Shown in pieces: positions 48,869 through 55,776 of a stretch of 56,552 nt of DNA. Source of the DNA: a virus (Duplodnaviria; Caudoviricetes); IMG/VR virus record IMGVR_UViG_3300005512_000042, positions 1 through 56,552 of that record. One strand, 5' to 3'. The notes beneath the pieces were generated by a model, which was given only the letters and a program-made list of their open reading frames with translations, made no database searches and had not been told where the DNA came from. The position numbers and the translations under genes are program-made. Position 1 is the stretch's first letter. Every line of letters begins with the position of its first letter.

Positions 48869-49534
48869 TTATTTATCGACCATATTCTCTCTTTCTTTTG
48901 ATGTTTTCCAAAAGTAATCTTCCTCATTTCCTAAACCATCTTTATCATATCCATTCTCAACTTGATACTCAATTGTAGATACCTTGAAATCAGGCATCAT
49001 TGGTTCCTTCGGTGTCAAACTATTATCATAGATACGAACTCGATTGTTTGGATATAATGCATATTGTCCATTATTCAACTCAATCAAATTATGTGACTTA
49101 TGTTCTGATGGAATCTCTGATGTACTATAATCAATGGCATCGGGGTCCTGATGATAATTGTCGATAGTACACACGTATATGCCTCTCTGTGCCCCGTAAT
49201 CCCTTGTGTAGCACTCATAGTCCATTGAACCTATAAATTGCTTCTGAACTGCTACAACACCATAATCCATACAATTCCAGAACTGTAAATTATTCAATGG
49301 CATATCAGGGTCTGGTGTCTTCGGTCTTGATAGAAATGCCGCAATCGGTAACTTATCATACATTGCAGCATATTCAGGTAGATAAGTCTCAAAATAAAAT
49401 GCACGTCCAGGTATACTCTTTATTGATACCCATACACCTTTTACAAACTCACCATGACCACTCTGATGATCAGTCAAATATTCTTTTCTTACCCATACTT
49501 CAAGAGCAGGTAAATTCGCAATTAAACACGCCAT
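48869..49534 (-). CDS. Conserved hypothetical protein (~221 aa)
   Basis: Start moved to MACLIANLP because the track start lies inside the upstream terminator. Confidence 0.85.
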   Translation of the reverse strand: MACLIANLPALEVWVRKEYLTDHQSGHGEFVKGVWVSIKSIPGRAFYFETYLPEYAAMYDKLPIAAFLSRPKTPDPDMPLNNLQFWNCMDYGVVAVQKQFIGSMDYECYTRDYGAQRGIYVCTIDNYHQDPDAIDYSTSEIPSEHKSHNLIELNNGQYALYPNNRVRIYDNSLTPKEPMMPDFKVSTIEYQVENGYDKDGLGNEEDYFWKTSKERENMVDK

Positions 49535-49563
49535 ATCAACTTTTATATCTTTTCTATCTATAC

Positions 49564-49587
49564 AAAAAAAGGGACCCAAAGGGTCCC
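49564..49587 (-). terminator. Rho-independent terminator
   Basis: GGGACCC-TTT-GGGTCCC plus T7 on the minus strand. Confidence 0.88.
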
Positions 49588-49593
49588 GTTCTC

Positions 49594-49728
49594 TTATTTC
49601 CTTCCTTGACCGCGATAACGCTTCTTCTTACCATTACGACTCGTTGCACTACATAACGTATTTTGCGAGTTACCTTGGCGAGTTTTCTTTGGTTTACTCG
49701 GAACATAATTCCCACCTTTCATCATCAT
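49594..49728 (-). CDS. Small basic protein (44 aa)
   Basis: MMMKGGNYVPSKPKKTRQGNSQNT...KKKRYRGQGRK; GGAGG SD upstream. Confidence 0.75.
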   Translation of the reverse strand: MMMKGGNYVPSKPKKTRQGNSQNTLCSATSRNGKKKRYRGQGRK

Positions 49729-49731
49729 AAT

Positions 49732-49833
49732 TCAATACCTCCGTTTAGTTGTAATCGACATTTTATTACCAATGACCAGCATACCACTTACGAGTAAAAC
49801 GGTCAACATCGCCACATAAAGTGTACTCAACAT
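49732..49833 (-). CDS. Small membrane peptide (33 aa)
   Basis: MLSTLYVAMLTVLLVSGMLVIGNKMSITTKRRY; fills the gap exactly. Confidence 0.5.
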   Translation of the reverse strand: MLSTLYVAMLTVLLVSGMLVIGNKMSITTKRRY

Positions 49834-49848
49834 AAAACCCTCACGGGA

Positions 49849-50622
49849 TTAGATAATACGAGTTTTCTCATGACCAACGCGAATGCGAGGGTCGCACCAA
49901 ATCTCAAACCCTGCTTCCTTTGCATCGAGGCAAAACGACACATCCTCTCCACACATATCTTGCACATTACCAGATTCAAAAACCTGCATCTTTGGTGCAA
50001 ACCATGGATACTCAAGATTCTCAAAGACTCCCTTCTTAATCAATACCCATCCAAAACCTGTGTAATCTACGGTGAATGGTTTCTTCCGTTTTGTAATGGT
50101 TTCGACAGTTTCGTGATTCATCACTCCGCCATTACTACGGAAATCATCCTCCTCTAACCAATGTGCAACTGATGTCGTCTGTCCATCCTCTGTAGCATAC
50201 CATCCAGCAACTACCTCTCTCTCCGTACCATCTGCGGCAATTGCCATATCACATAACTGCCAGAACTTTTCAGTACTGAATACAATATCCGAGTCAATCC
50301 ACAGCTGATAATCATACTGTAACTTACCATCCCATGGCACCTGATTCGGTCCACGCAATACATTCGCACCTAAACACTTACAACGTGCGAAGTTTACCAT
50401 TGAACTATAATCTTGACTAATCTGAATGCTCATTCCATTCTGTACTAAGTCAAAACATAGTTGAACGAAATTCTTCATGAAAATATAAGAACATCCACGA
50501 CCAGGTAGACAAAATACAATCGTCTTACCTCTCATTCGTGATTTGATATCCTCAATATCCCACTCTGGTCCTTTATCCTTCTTGATTGGTGCGTTTGCTT
50601 TTACCGTAAATCCTTTTGCCAT
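49849..50622 (-). CDS. GT-A-fold glycosyltransferase-like protein
   Basis: LWIDSDIVF (DxD), TGFGWVLIK, GEDVSFC, VGHEK motifs. Confidence 0.75.
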   Translation of the reverse strand: MAKGFTVKANAPIKKDKGPEWDIEDIKSRMRGKTIVFCLPGRGCSYIFMKNFVQLCFDLVQNGMSIQISQDYSSMVNFARCKCLGANVLRGPNQVPWDGKLQYDYQLWIDSDIVFSTEKFWQLCDMAIAADGTEREVVAGWYATEDGQTTSVAHWLEEDDFRSNGGVMNHETVETITKRKKPFTVDYTGFGWVLIKKGVFENLEYPWFAPKMQVFESGNVQDMCGEDVSFCLDAKEAGFEIWCDPRIRVGHEKTRII

Positions 50623-50643
50623 AAGTCTGTGTAACTCAAATCA

Positions 50644-50672
50644 ATTCTAACATGTTATCTATACATTGTCAA
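50644..50672 (-). promoter_or_regulatory. Sigma70-type promoter
   Basis: TTGACA-17 bp-TAGAAT with extended TG. Confidence 0.85.
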
Positions 50673-50820
50673 TTAGATACGATAAATCTTTCTCATTATA
50701 ATCAGTCTTCATTAATCCTACCATCCCACGTAAACTACTCCATGTTGCCTTAAATTCTTCCTCCTTCAAATCATTATACACACACTTATCCTTAATATAA
50801 ATCTTGTACACTTTACTCAT
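50659..50820 (-). CDS. Hypothetical protein (53 aa)
   Basis: MSKVYKIYIKDKCVYNDLKEEEFKATW...GMVGLMKTDY; GGAGG SD. Confidence 0.75.
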   Translation of the reverse strand: MSKVYKIYIKDKCVYNDLKEEEFKATWSSLRGMVGLMKTDYNEKDLSYLIDNV

Positions 50821-50842
50821 AAGTTCCCTCCAGTTTTACTAT

Positions 50843-51001
50843 CTATATCAATGAGATAATCAATGCACCCACTACAATACACAATAAAAACCTTCCAGGT
50901 CCTCTCCATATTGCCATCAATATATCATAAAAAACCCGCGCAGTCACATACGTGAAAACTACACGGGGCAAATTCCAATACCGCAAATTTTTTTTACTCA
51001 C
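50843..51001 (-). CDS. Small membrane protein (52 aa, GTG start)
   Basis: MSKKNLRYWNLPRVVF...GPGRFLLCIVVGALIISLI; GAGG SD. Confidence 0.55.
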   Translation of the reverse strand: MSKKNLRYWNLPRVVFTYVTARVFYDILMAIWRGPGRFLLCIVVGALIISLI

Positions 51002-51167
51002 GCGAACCTCACAGGCATTTTTTATACATGAAAAATTTTTTGAATGAACATGTTATCACTCTCGCGATTTGTCACCTCTGTAGGTTAGGGTAGTTAGGCG
51101 TTTTTAGCCACGCCGCCCGCCGCCATCAACAACCGCACCCTAAAACACTGCGATTTGCGACACTGTG

Positions 51168-51196
51168 ATTCTAACACATCTGCGGGAGACTGTCAA
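51168..51196 (-). promoter_or_regulatory. Sigma70-type promoter driving an apparently non-coding leader
   Basis: TTGACA-17 bp-TAGAAT with extended TG. Confidence 0.85.
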
Positions 51197-51215
51197 CAAC
51201 CCCCCGCGCAATGTA

Positions 51216-51488
51216 TCAGAGTTCGTCGATCATTTGGTCCATCTCAATGATGTTGACTTTAGGGTCACGGTAGGCAACACCGTCTTTCGTAGATAGATCG
51301 TTGAAAGTACATGCTTCCAGAAAATCTACGAAGTCTCTGTAGTTACCTGCCTCGCGAGCAAGATCATAAAGACCCTCATCATTACCAATCCAAAGTGCAA
51401 TATTCCAGGTCTCATAATTGGTCCAACCGTTGTAAGTTTGGTCGGTGAGATTTGTCTGAAATGTGGTTGTCATAGAGGTTTGAGTCAT
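51216..51488 (-). CDS. Hypothetical early protein (YNGWTNYETW family)
   Basis: YNGWTNYETWNIALWIGNDEGLY motif; real start may be the second Met (51473). Confidence 0.85.
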   Translation of the reverse strand: MTQTSMTTTFQTNLTDQTYNGWTNYETWNIALWIGNDEGLYDLAREAGNYRDFVDFLEACTFNDLSTKDGVAYRDPKVNIIEMDQMIDEL

Positions 51489-51497
51489 GCTTACACT

Positions 51498-51523
51498 ACT
51501 GAGACACTTTAGAGGCTTCAGTT
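51498..51523. repeat. Intergenic 26-bp element, copy 1
   Basis: ACTGAGACACTTTAGAGGCTTCAGTT. Confidence 0.95.
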
Positions 51524-51531
51524 AGTGTTGC

Positions 51532-51705
51532 TCACCAGGTGTCAGGTGTATGCAAGTCCTCTACATATGCCTCGCAGTATTCACTACCCTCCAAACCGAA
51601 GAGTTTATCCCAGTTGATATTGTGCGGGTCGAAGTCACCTAGTGCAGTAATATCAAGAGTGATGCGATACCTTTGCTTTTGTGCTTGCTGATAGATAGTC
51701 GGCAT
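51532..51705 (-). CDS. Hypothetical protein (57 aa)
   Basis: MPTIYQQAQKQRYRITLD...; start moved downstream of the promoter. Confidence 0.8.
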   Translation of the reverse strand: MPTIYQQAQKQRYRITLDITALGDFDPHNINWDKLFGLEGSEYCEAYVEDLHTPDTW

Positions 51706-51733
51706 GATTAGAGGACCTTGGTGATACTGTGTT

Positions 51734-51762
51734 ATTATACTGTGGACCTTAGGATATTGCAA
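51734..51762 (-). promoter_or_regulatory. Sigma70-type promoter
   Basis: TTGCAA-17 bp-TATAAT. Confidence 0.8.
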
Positions 51763-51800
51763 CCGGCGACAGTCCTATTTAGAAAGTGTCACGGCGGTCC

Positions 51801-51829
51801 TTGACTTTTCGGCGGATTGGTGATAGACT
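51801..51829 (+). promoter_or_regulatory. Divergent plus-strand sigma70-type promoter
   Basis: TTGACT-17 bp-TAGACT with extended TG; preceded by GACAGT...AAGTGTC inverted boxes (51768-51790). Confidence 0.7.
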
Positions 51830-52157
51830 GCGGGCCAAGATCACTGCACTGAGAGACATTTATCAGACCTTATTAGACTACCCGATGAGGTCTTTCAGAG
51901 TGTATTCAGAGACCCTTGAGAGACACTGTGGAGCGTATCTACGACTATTTTCTTCAACTTTACAAAACACTTGTTTATATTTTTTTATACATTAAAAAAC
52001 GTTTTTTTACCTAATCTTGTATATATTCAGGTAAAAATGGGGTGATTTTGTGATAATGAAGGTCTTACACATATTGGGGAGACACACACAACCAAACCCC
52101 TCAGATGCCTATACTACACTGTTACATAAGCAATCAAATCATAGGACAATTACTGTA

Positions 52158-52331
52158 TCAAATGCTAGTAGGATTACCTTGATAATCTACCATCTCTCCC
52201 TTGTTGTCGCTGCCTTGTTGTAAACAAGCAAGACCGCAATCTTCTTCAGCAACGATGACATCCAGAATAGAAAGAATTTCATTTCCGGTGTTACCTTGAC
52301 GAAGCATACCGATGAGAACGTCTTTAGACAT
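52158..52331 (-). CDS. Hypothetical protein (57 aa)
   Basis: MSKDVLIGMLRQGNTGNEILSILDVIV...; manual translation. Confidence 0.7.
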   Translation of the reverse strand: MSKDVLIGMLRQGNTGNEILSILDVIVAEEDCGLACLQQGSDNKGEMVDYQGNPTSI

Positions 52332-52398
52332 TTTGATTAGAAAAGTGTTAGTAAGTGAGTAATGAGTTTATAGACATCATTAGGTCTAATTGATCAGT

Positions 52399-52599
52399 TT
52401 AGTTATCTTCTAATAGATGAGGATAATACTCTTGAACGTCTTCAATCAGTTCGTTAAGTGTAAGTTTATCCATATCATTTGAAAGATATTCATACAACAT
52501 TGCCATGCAATCTTTGAGGTCTAAACCATCAATAACCTCATGCACATAGTTATGTTGAAGTTCATCACGGTCGATGATTTTGTCTGTTTGAGTGTTCAT
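52399..52599 (-). CDS. Hypothetical acidic protein (66 aa)
   Basis: MNTQTDKIIDRDELQ...YYPHLLEDN; start adjusted from the track ORF. Confidence 0.8.
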   Translation of the reverse strand: MNTQTDKIIDRDELQHNYVHEVIDGLDLKDCMAMLYEYLSNDMDKLTLNELIEDVQEYYPHLLEDN

Positions 52600-52634
52600 T
52601 TGTTTATCAGGCAAAGAGGTAAGTAGCATGGACA

Positions 52635-52796
52635 TTAGTTCAGGAAACTATCAATCGTTTCACCGATTGTCAATCTTTTGTTTTCATTTGGTTCAATGAT
52701 TTCACTAACATATTGTAATGTATCAGCAGTGAATTGTCTTGCGTCAGTTGATTGCCAGAGAAGAACACCGATGATAGCAATGAGAAAAAGTTTCAT
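52635..52796 (-). CDS. Small protein with N-terminal hydrophobic segment (53 aa)
   Basis: MKLFLIAIIGVLLWQSTDARQFTADTL... Confidence 0.7.
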   Translation of the reverse strand: MKLFLIAIIGVLLWQSTDARQFTADTLQYVSEIIEPNENKRLTIGETIDSFLN

Positions 52797-52819
52797 GATG
52801 TGAGTATCAGATAAGGTAA

Positions 52820-53167
52820 TCAGGCAAAGAGATAAGAGGAGTGAAATTCTTCAGTTTTGAATACATTTTGTCCATTGATTGCACCAACGAACTTTCTTAC
52901 AAACCACTGATAATTCTTTTGGAAAACTCCTTCTCCAGCAATACAATACTCAGAGCAAAGTGCATTGAGTCGTGATTTAGTGGTTTGGGATTGATAACCA
53001 CCATCGAAGATTGTCATATCAGTGTCTGTAACCTCTGCAATTTTGTTACCGTGAAGATAAACAATAGAGGTGTTAGTTTCTTCGTCAAAGGTAACAGTAG
53101 TATTAGCAGATTGCCAGTTTTGATTGTTGTTAATGGCAGCAATCATTTGTTGTTCGATGAGGCGCAT
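52820..53167 (-). CDS. Hypothetical early protein (115 aa)
   Basis: VYLHGNKIA, DGGYQSQTTKSRLNAL, VFQKNYQWFV motifs of a recurrent phage family. Confidence 0.85.
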   Translation of the reverse strand: MRLIEQQMIAAINNNQNWQSANTTVTFDEETNTSIVYLHGNKIAEVTDTDMTIFDGGYQSQTTKSRLNALCSEYCIAGEGVFQKNYQWFVRKFVGAINGQNVFKTEEFHSSYLFA

Positions 53168-53209
53168 GATAAAAAAGTAGAGAAGAAAGTGTAAAGAAAA
53201 AACCGTTAA

Positions 53210-53398
53210 TCAACCAGAGATTTGTTGATAAAGAGTGTTGAAAGCATTGTAATCAGTGTAATAAAATGCTTGTTCTTTTTTATCCCAAAGTTGATAAGCA
53301 GAGCATCCAATTTTGAAATCATAAACAACATATTCATTGTTATGATTATCAACAACAACGGTGCCCAGTTGTTCTTTGACGAGAGTGTAATCTACCAT
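53210..53398 (-). CDS. Hypothetical protein (62 aa)
   Basis: ATG directly downstream of repeat copy 2. Confidence 0.75.
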   Translation of the reverse strand: MVDYTLVKEQLGTVVVDNHNNEYVVYDFKIGCSAYQLWDKKEQAFYYTDYNAFNTLYQQISG

Positions 53399-53427
53399 TT
53401 TGTGTGTTTGAATTGTGTGCTTACACT

Positions 53428-53453
53428 ACTGGGACACTTTAGAGGCTTCAGTT
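53428..53453. repeat. Intergenic 26-bp element, copy 2
   Basis: ACTGGGACACTTTAGAGGCTTCAGTT. Confidence 0.95.
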
Positions 53454-53482
53454 TGTATTACCGAAGGTAATATGAACGTGAG

Positions 53483-53701
53483 TTACACTCTACAATCGAT
53501 TTCACCTTTCAACAGTTTGAAACAACGATCTGCTTCGTTGAGAACATCATCATCTAACATATCCCATTCGACTTCAGCATAAGCACTAAATGCAGTCTCG
53601 TAACTACCATCAGACAACAACGGAGCATAATACAATACTGCATTATGATCAGGGTCTAATGTATAAGTGCAACCGTTAGTTTGTGAAATTAAAAAAATCA
53701 T
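53483..53701 (-). CDS. Hypothetical protein (72 aa)
   Basis: Track ORF in tightly packed array. Confidence 0.75.
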   Translation of the reverse strand: MIFLISQTNGCTYTLDPDHNAVLYYAPLLSDGSYETAFSAYAEVEWDMLDDDVLNEADRCFKLLKGEIDCRV

Positions 53702-53706
53702 AATGT

Positions 53707-53937
53707 TTAGTCGAATCGTGATCCAATGTTATCCCAACGTGTGGGTTGTTCGTAACAACGAATTTGCTCTAGAATTGAACTCTCAGAAAAACTTTGCTGG
53801 CACCAATTACCATTGTCATAAATGTCATATTGATGTGTGAGTTCTTGACTGAAACCTCTCTGATGTGTAGAGTATTTGATGTCGTAGATTTTACCTGTAT
53901 CAGGTGAAGTGAATTGAAACATAGTAGTAGTAATCAT
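53707..53937 (-). CDS. Hypothetical protein (76 aa)
   Basis: ATGA overlap with the upstream ORF. Confidence 0.75.
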   Translation of the reverse strand: MITTTMFQFTSPDTGKIYDIKYSTHQRGFSQELTHQYDIYDNGNWCQQSFSESSILEQIRCYEQPTRWDNIGSRFD

Positions 53938-54068
53938 TTTTTAGTAATGTTGCACCAACGCAGTGACTTAGGTGCTTTGCGAGCAGTCAATTTAGTGACC
54001 TTGACTTTCAAACCTTGATTGTTAAGATCTTGTGCGATTTGAGTGAGGTTGGTGAGACTTGCGTTCAT
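53934..54068 (-). CDS. Hypothetical basic protein (44 aa)
   Basis: MNASLTNLTQIAQDLNNQGLKVKVTKL...; directly after repeat copy 3. Confidence 0.65.
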   Translation of the reverse strand: MNASLTNLTQIAQDLNNQGLKVKVTKLTARKAPKSLRWCNITKK

Positions 54069-54087
54069 GGTGATGTGTTCTGTTACT

Positions 54088-54113
54088 ACTGAGACACTTT
54101 AGAGGCTTCAGTT
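54088..54113. repeat. Intergenic 26-bp element, copy 3
   Basis: ACTGAGACACTTTAGAGGCTTCAGTT. Confidence 0.95.
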
Positions 54114-54118
54114 ATGAA

Positions 54119-54343
54119 TCACCCCACAGATGCCATTTCCATATAACAATTCAAATTGCTATACTTAACAACACCATCAATATCTTTCAGTCCAATGGCA
54201 TAAACTGAACCATTGAAAACTTTGACATCTGCAACCTCATATACATTGTTACTATCATCTGCAACTTTACATCCTTTGATAGACTCAAGAATGGATTTTG
54301 CAGTGTTGCTATCAGTTTGGATCATGGTGCGATTGTTTCTCAT
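54119..54343 (-). CDS. Hypothetical protein; single-gene unit between repeat copies 3 and 4
   Basis: Track ORF; real start may be MIQTDS (54325). Confidence 0.75.
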   Translation of the reverse strand: MRNNRTMIQTDSNTAKSILESIKGCKVADDSNNVYEVADVKVFNGSVYAIGLKDIDGVVKYSNLNCYMEMASVG

Positions 54344-54346
54344 ACA

Positions 54347-54372
54347 ACTGGGACACTTTAGAGGCTTCAGTT
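54347..54372. repeat. Intergenic 26-bp element, copy 4
   Basis: ACTGGGACACTTTAGAGGCTTCAGTT. Confidence 0.95.
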
Positions 54373-54377
54373 ATGAA

Positions 54378-54725
54378 TCACCGACGATAAAGAAAACTAC
54401 CATAAGGGTCAACAATCTCAGGATTGTTTACAAGTGAATCAATGTAGAACCTGATACCTTTCGCAGGTGCTTTGTATGATGCAGGTTTATAACATGCACC
54501 ATCATTCTTATCAATAAACATAAAGCAACTACGACCGTCCTTGATAATACCATCACGGACATCTTGCTGCCAAACCTTGATATATTTCCGACCTACTTCA
54601 TATGTCAAATGTGAATGGAAATTACGACCGTTCTCAAGTGCAAGAACTTTCCACTGATTGTTGACAACTTCGAGCAGACATTCAGTGAGATATTCTGCTT
54701 TGAGTTGTGGAGCACAAAATGTCAT
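54378..54725 (-). CDS. Hypothetical early protein (GRKYIKV...YKPASYKAPAKGIRF family)
   Basis: Recurrent phage motif GRKY.K, F.DK..G..YKPAS.KAPAK..R; start probably MTFCAP. Confidence 0.85.
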   Translation of the reverse strand: MTFCAPQLKAEYLTECLLEVVNNQWKVLALENGRNFHSHLTYEVGRKYIKVWQQDVRDGIIKDGRSCFMFIDKNDGACYKPASYKAPAKGIRFYIDSLVNNPEIVDPYGSFLYRR

Positions 54726-54778
54726 GATGTTTGAAATGTGTGAAGAATTAGAATAGATTGCTGTATGTGATTGTGTCA

Positions 54779-54940
54779 TCAACCACCGAACATTTCAGTG
54801 TAGAGATCACCTAACTGTTCGTCCTTATATTGTTGACGAACTGCCGTGATTTCACGTTCAACCATACGAACCTCCTCACGTTTCATTAACAATTTGTGGC
54901 GAAGTTCAAAGAGTTTCTGATTACGTTCTGTGATTGTCAT
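54779..54940 (-). CDS. Hypothetical coiled-coil protein (53 aa)
   Basis: MTITERNQKLFELRHKL...DLYTEMFGG; directly after repeat copy 5. Confidence 0.7.
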   Translation of the reverse strand: MTITERNQKLFELRHKLLMKREEVRMVEREITAVRQQYKDEQLGDLYTEMFGG

Positions 54941-54959
54941 TTGATTGTGTGCTTACACT

Positions 54960-54985
54960 ACTGAGACACTTTAGAGGCTTCAGTT
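54960..54985. repeat. Intergenic 26-bp element, copy 5
   Basis: ACTGAGACACTTTAGAGGCTTCAGTT. Confidence 0.95.
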
Positions 54986-54986
54986 A

Positions 54987-55271
54987 CTAAACCTCTTCAA
55001 GTTCTTGTTGAAGTAACATAAACTTTTCTTCTGTAACTTCATCTACGCACTCCTGAATCACCTGATAGATGTAATCAATGTTGCTTACATCATTGAAGAT
55101 TCTTTCAGCAAGTTCAGGATGTTTGTCGCAAGGATAAGTCGGTTCGTCGTTTTCATCACGAATCATACAATCTTCGGCAGTGTAAATCCATGCCGCACAA
55201 GGTACATTTTCACCTTGCAATTCGACCATCAGATTGATACGATCTTGGAGTTGTTTGAGAGTGTAGTTCAT
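54987..55271 (-). CDS. Hypothetical protein, tandem paralogue B (94 aa)
   Basis: MNYTLKQLQDRI...; TGATG coupling with paralogue A. Confidence 0.85.
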   Translation of the reverse strand: MNYTLKQLQDRINLMVELQGENVPCAAWIYTAEDCMIRDENDEPTYPCDKHPELAERIFNDVSNIDYIYQVIQECVDEVTEEKFMLLQQELEEV

Positions 55272-55558
55272 CAAACCTCCGTTAGTTCTTGTTGACATTG
55301 CATAAATTGCTCTTCTACAACTTCATCAACACATTCCTGAATCACCTGATAGATGTAATCAATGTTGCCAACATCATCGAAGATACGTTCAAGAACTTCA
55401 GGATCTTCTACATTGTTGTTGTAATCAATCTCACCATCTTCATCCTTCAAATGACAATCGTGCTTAGTGTAAATCCATGCTGCACAATGTGCATCTTCAC
55501 CCTGTTGTTCGATCAGGTTTGTGATACGATCTTGGAGTTGTTTGAGAGTGTAGTTCAT
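55271..55558 (-). CDS. Hypothetical protein, tandem paralogue A (95 aa)
   Basis: MNYTLKQLQDRI...CAAWIYT...NIDYIYQVIQECVDEV. Confidence 0.85.
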   Translation of the reverse strand: MNYTLKQLQDRITNLIEQQGEDAHCAAWIYTKHDCHLKDEDGEIDYNNNVEDPEVLERIFDDVGNIDYIYQVIQECVDEVVEEQFMQCQQELTEV

Positions 55559-55722
55559 CAGTTTTCTTCCTGAACAGTGATAATGTGAAAGTGAGGATTG
55601 TTACGACGACAGTTAGCAATCGCATCCTCTCTTGTAGGAGCAATGTAACCTAAAATATCATAGTTTTGATAACCATTAGGTCGGATAAATTCTCCGTAAA
55701 TTAGAAACTTAGGTTCGTTCAT
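55558..55722 (-). CDS. Hypothetical protein (54 aa)
   Basis: MNEPKFLIYGEFIRPNGYQNYDILGYIAPTREDAIANCRRNNPHF...; directly after repeat copy 6. Confidence 0.7.
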   Translation of the reverse strand: MNEPKFLIYGEFIRPNGYQNYDILGYIAPTREDAIANCRRNNPHFHIITVQEEN

Positions 55723-55749
55723 AGTGTGTTTTGATTGTGTGCTTACACT

Positions 55750-55775
55750 ACTGGGACACTTTAGAGGCTTCAGTT
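55750..55775. repeat. Intergenic 26-bp element, copy 6
   Basis: ACTGGGACACTTTAGAGGCTTCAGTT. Confidence 0.95.
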
Positions 55776-55776
55776 A

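Noticed and set aside
51786-51995. 69-aa plus-strand ORF
   Set aside because: Its start lies upstream of the plus-strand promoter, it has no RBS and its composition is atypical; a 36-aa internal version from ATG 51885 cannot be fully excluded.
50920-52157. tRNA genes in the non-coding gaps
   Set aside because: No cloverleaf or GTTCRAATC T-arm signature was found by eye.
51498-55775. CRISPR array reading of the six repeats
   Set aside because: Intervals are 259-1930 bp, irregular and filled with intact ORFs; no cas genes are present.
51498-55775. Canonical integron attC sites
   Set aside because: The element is much shorter than attC and lacks paired RYYYAAC/GTTRRRY ends, and no IntI is visible. 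Kept only as an analogy.
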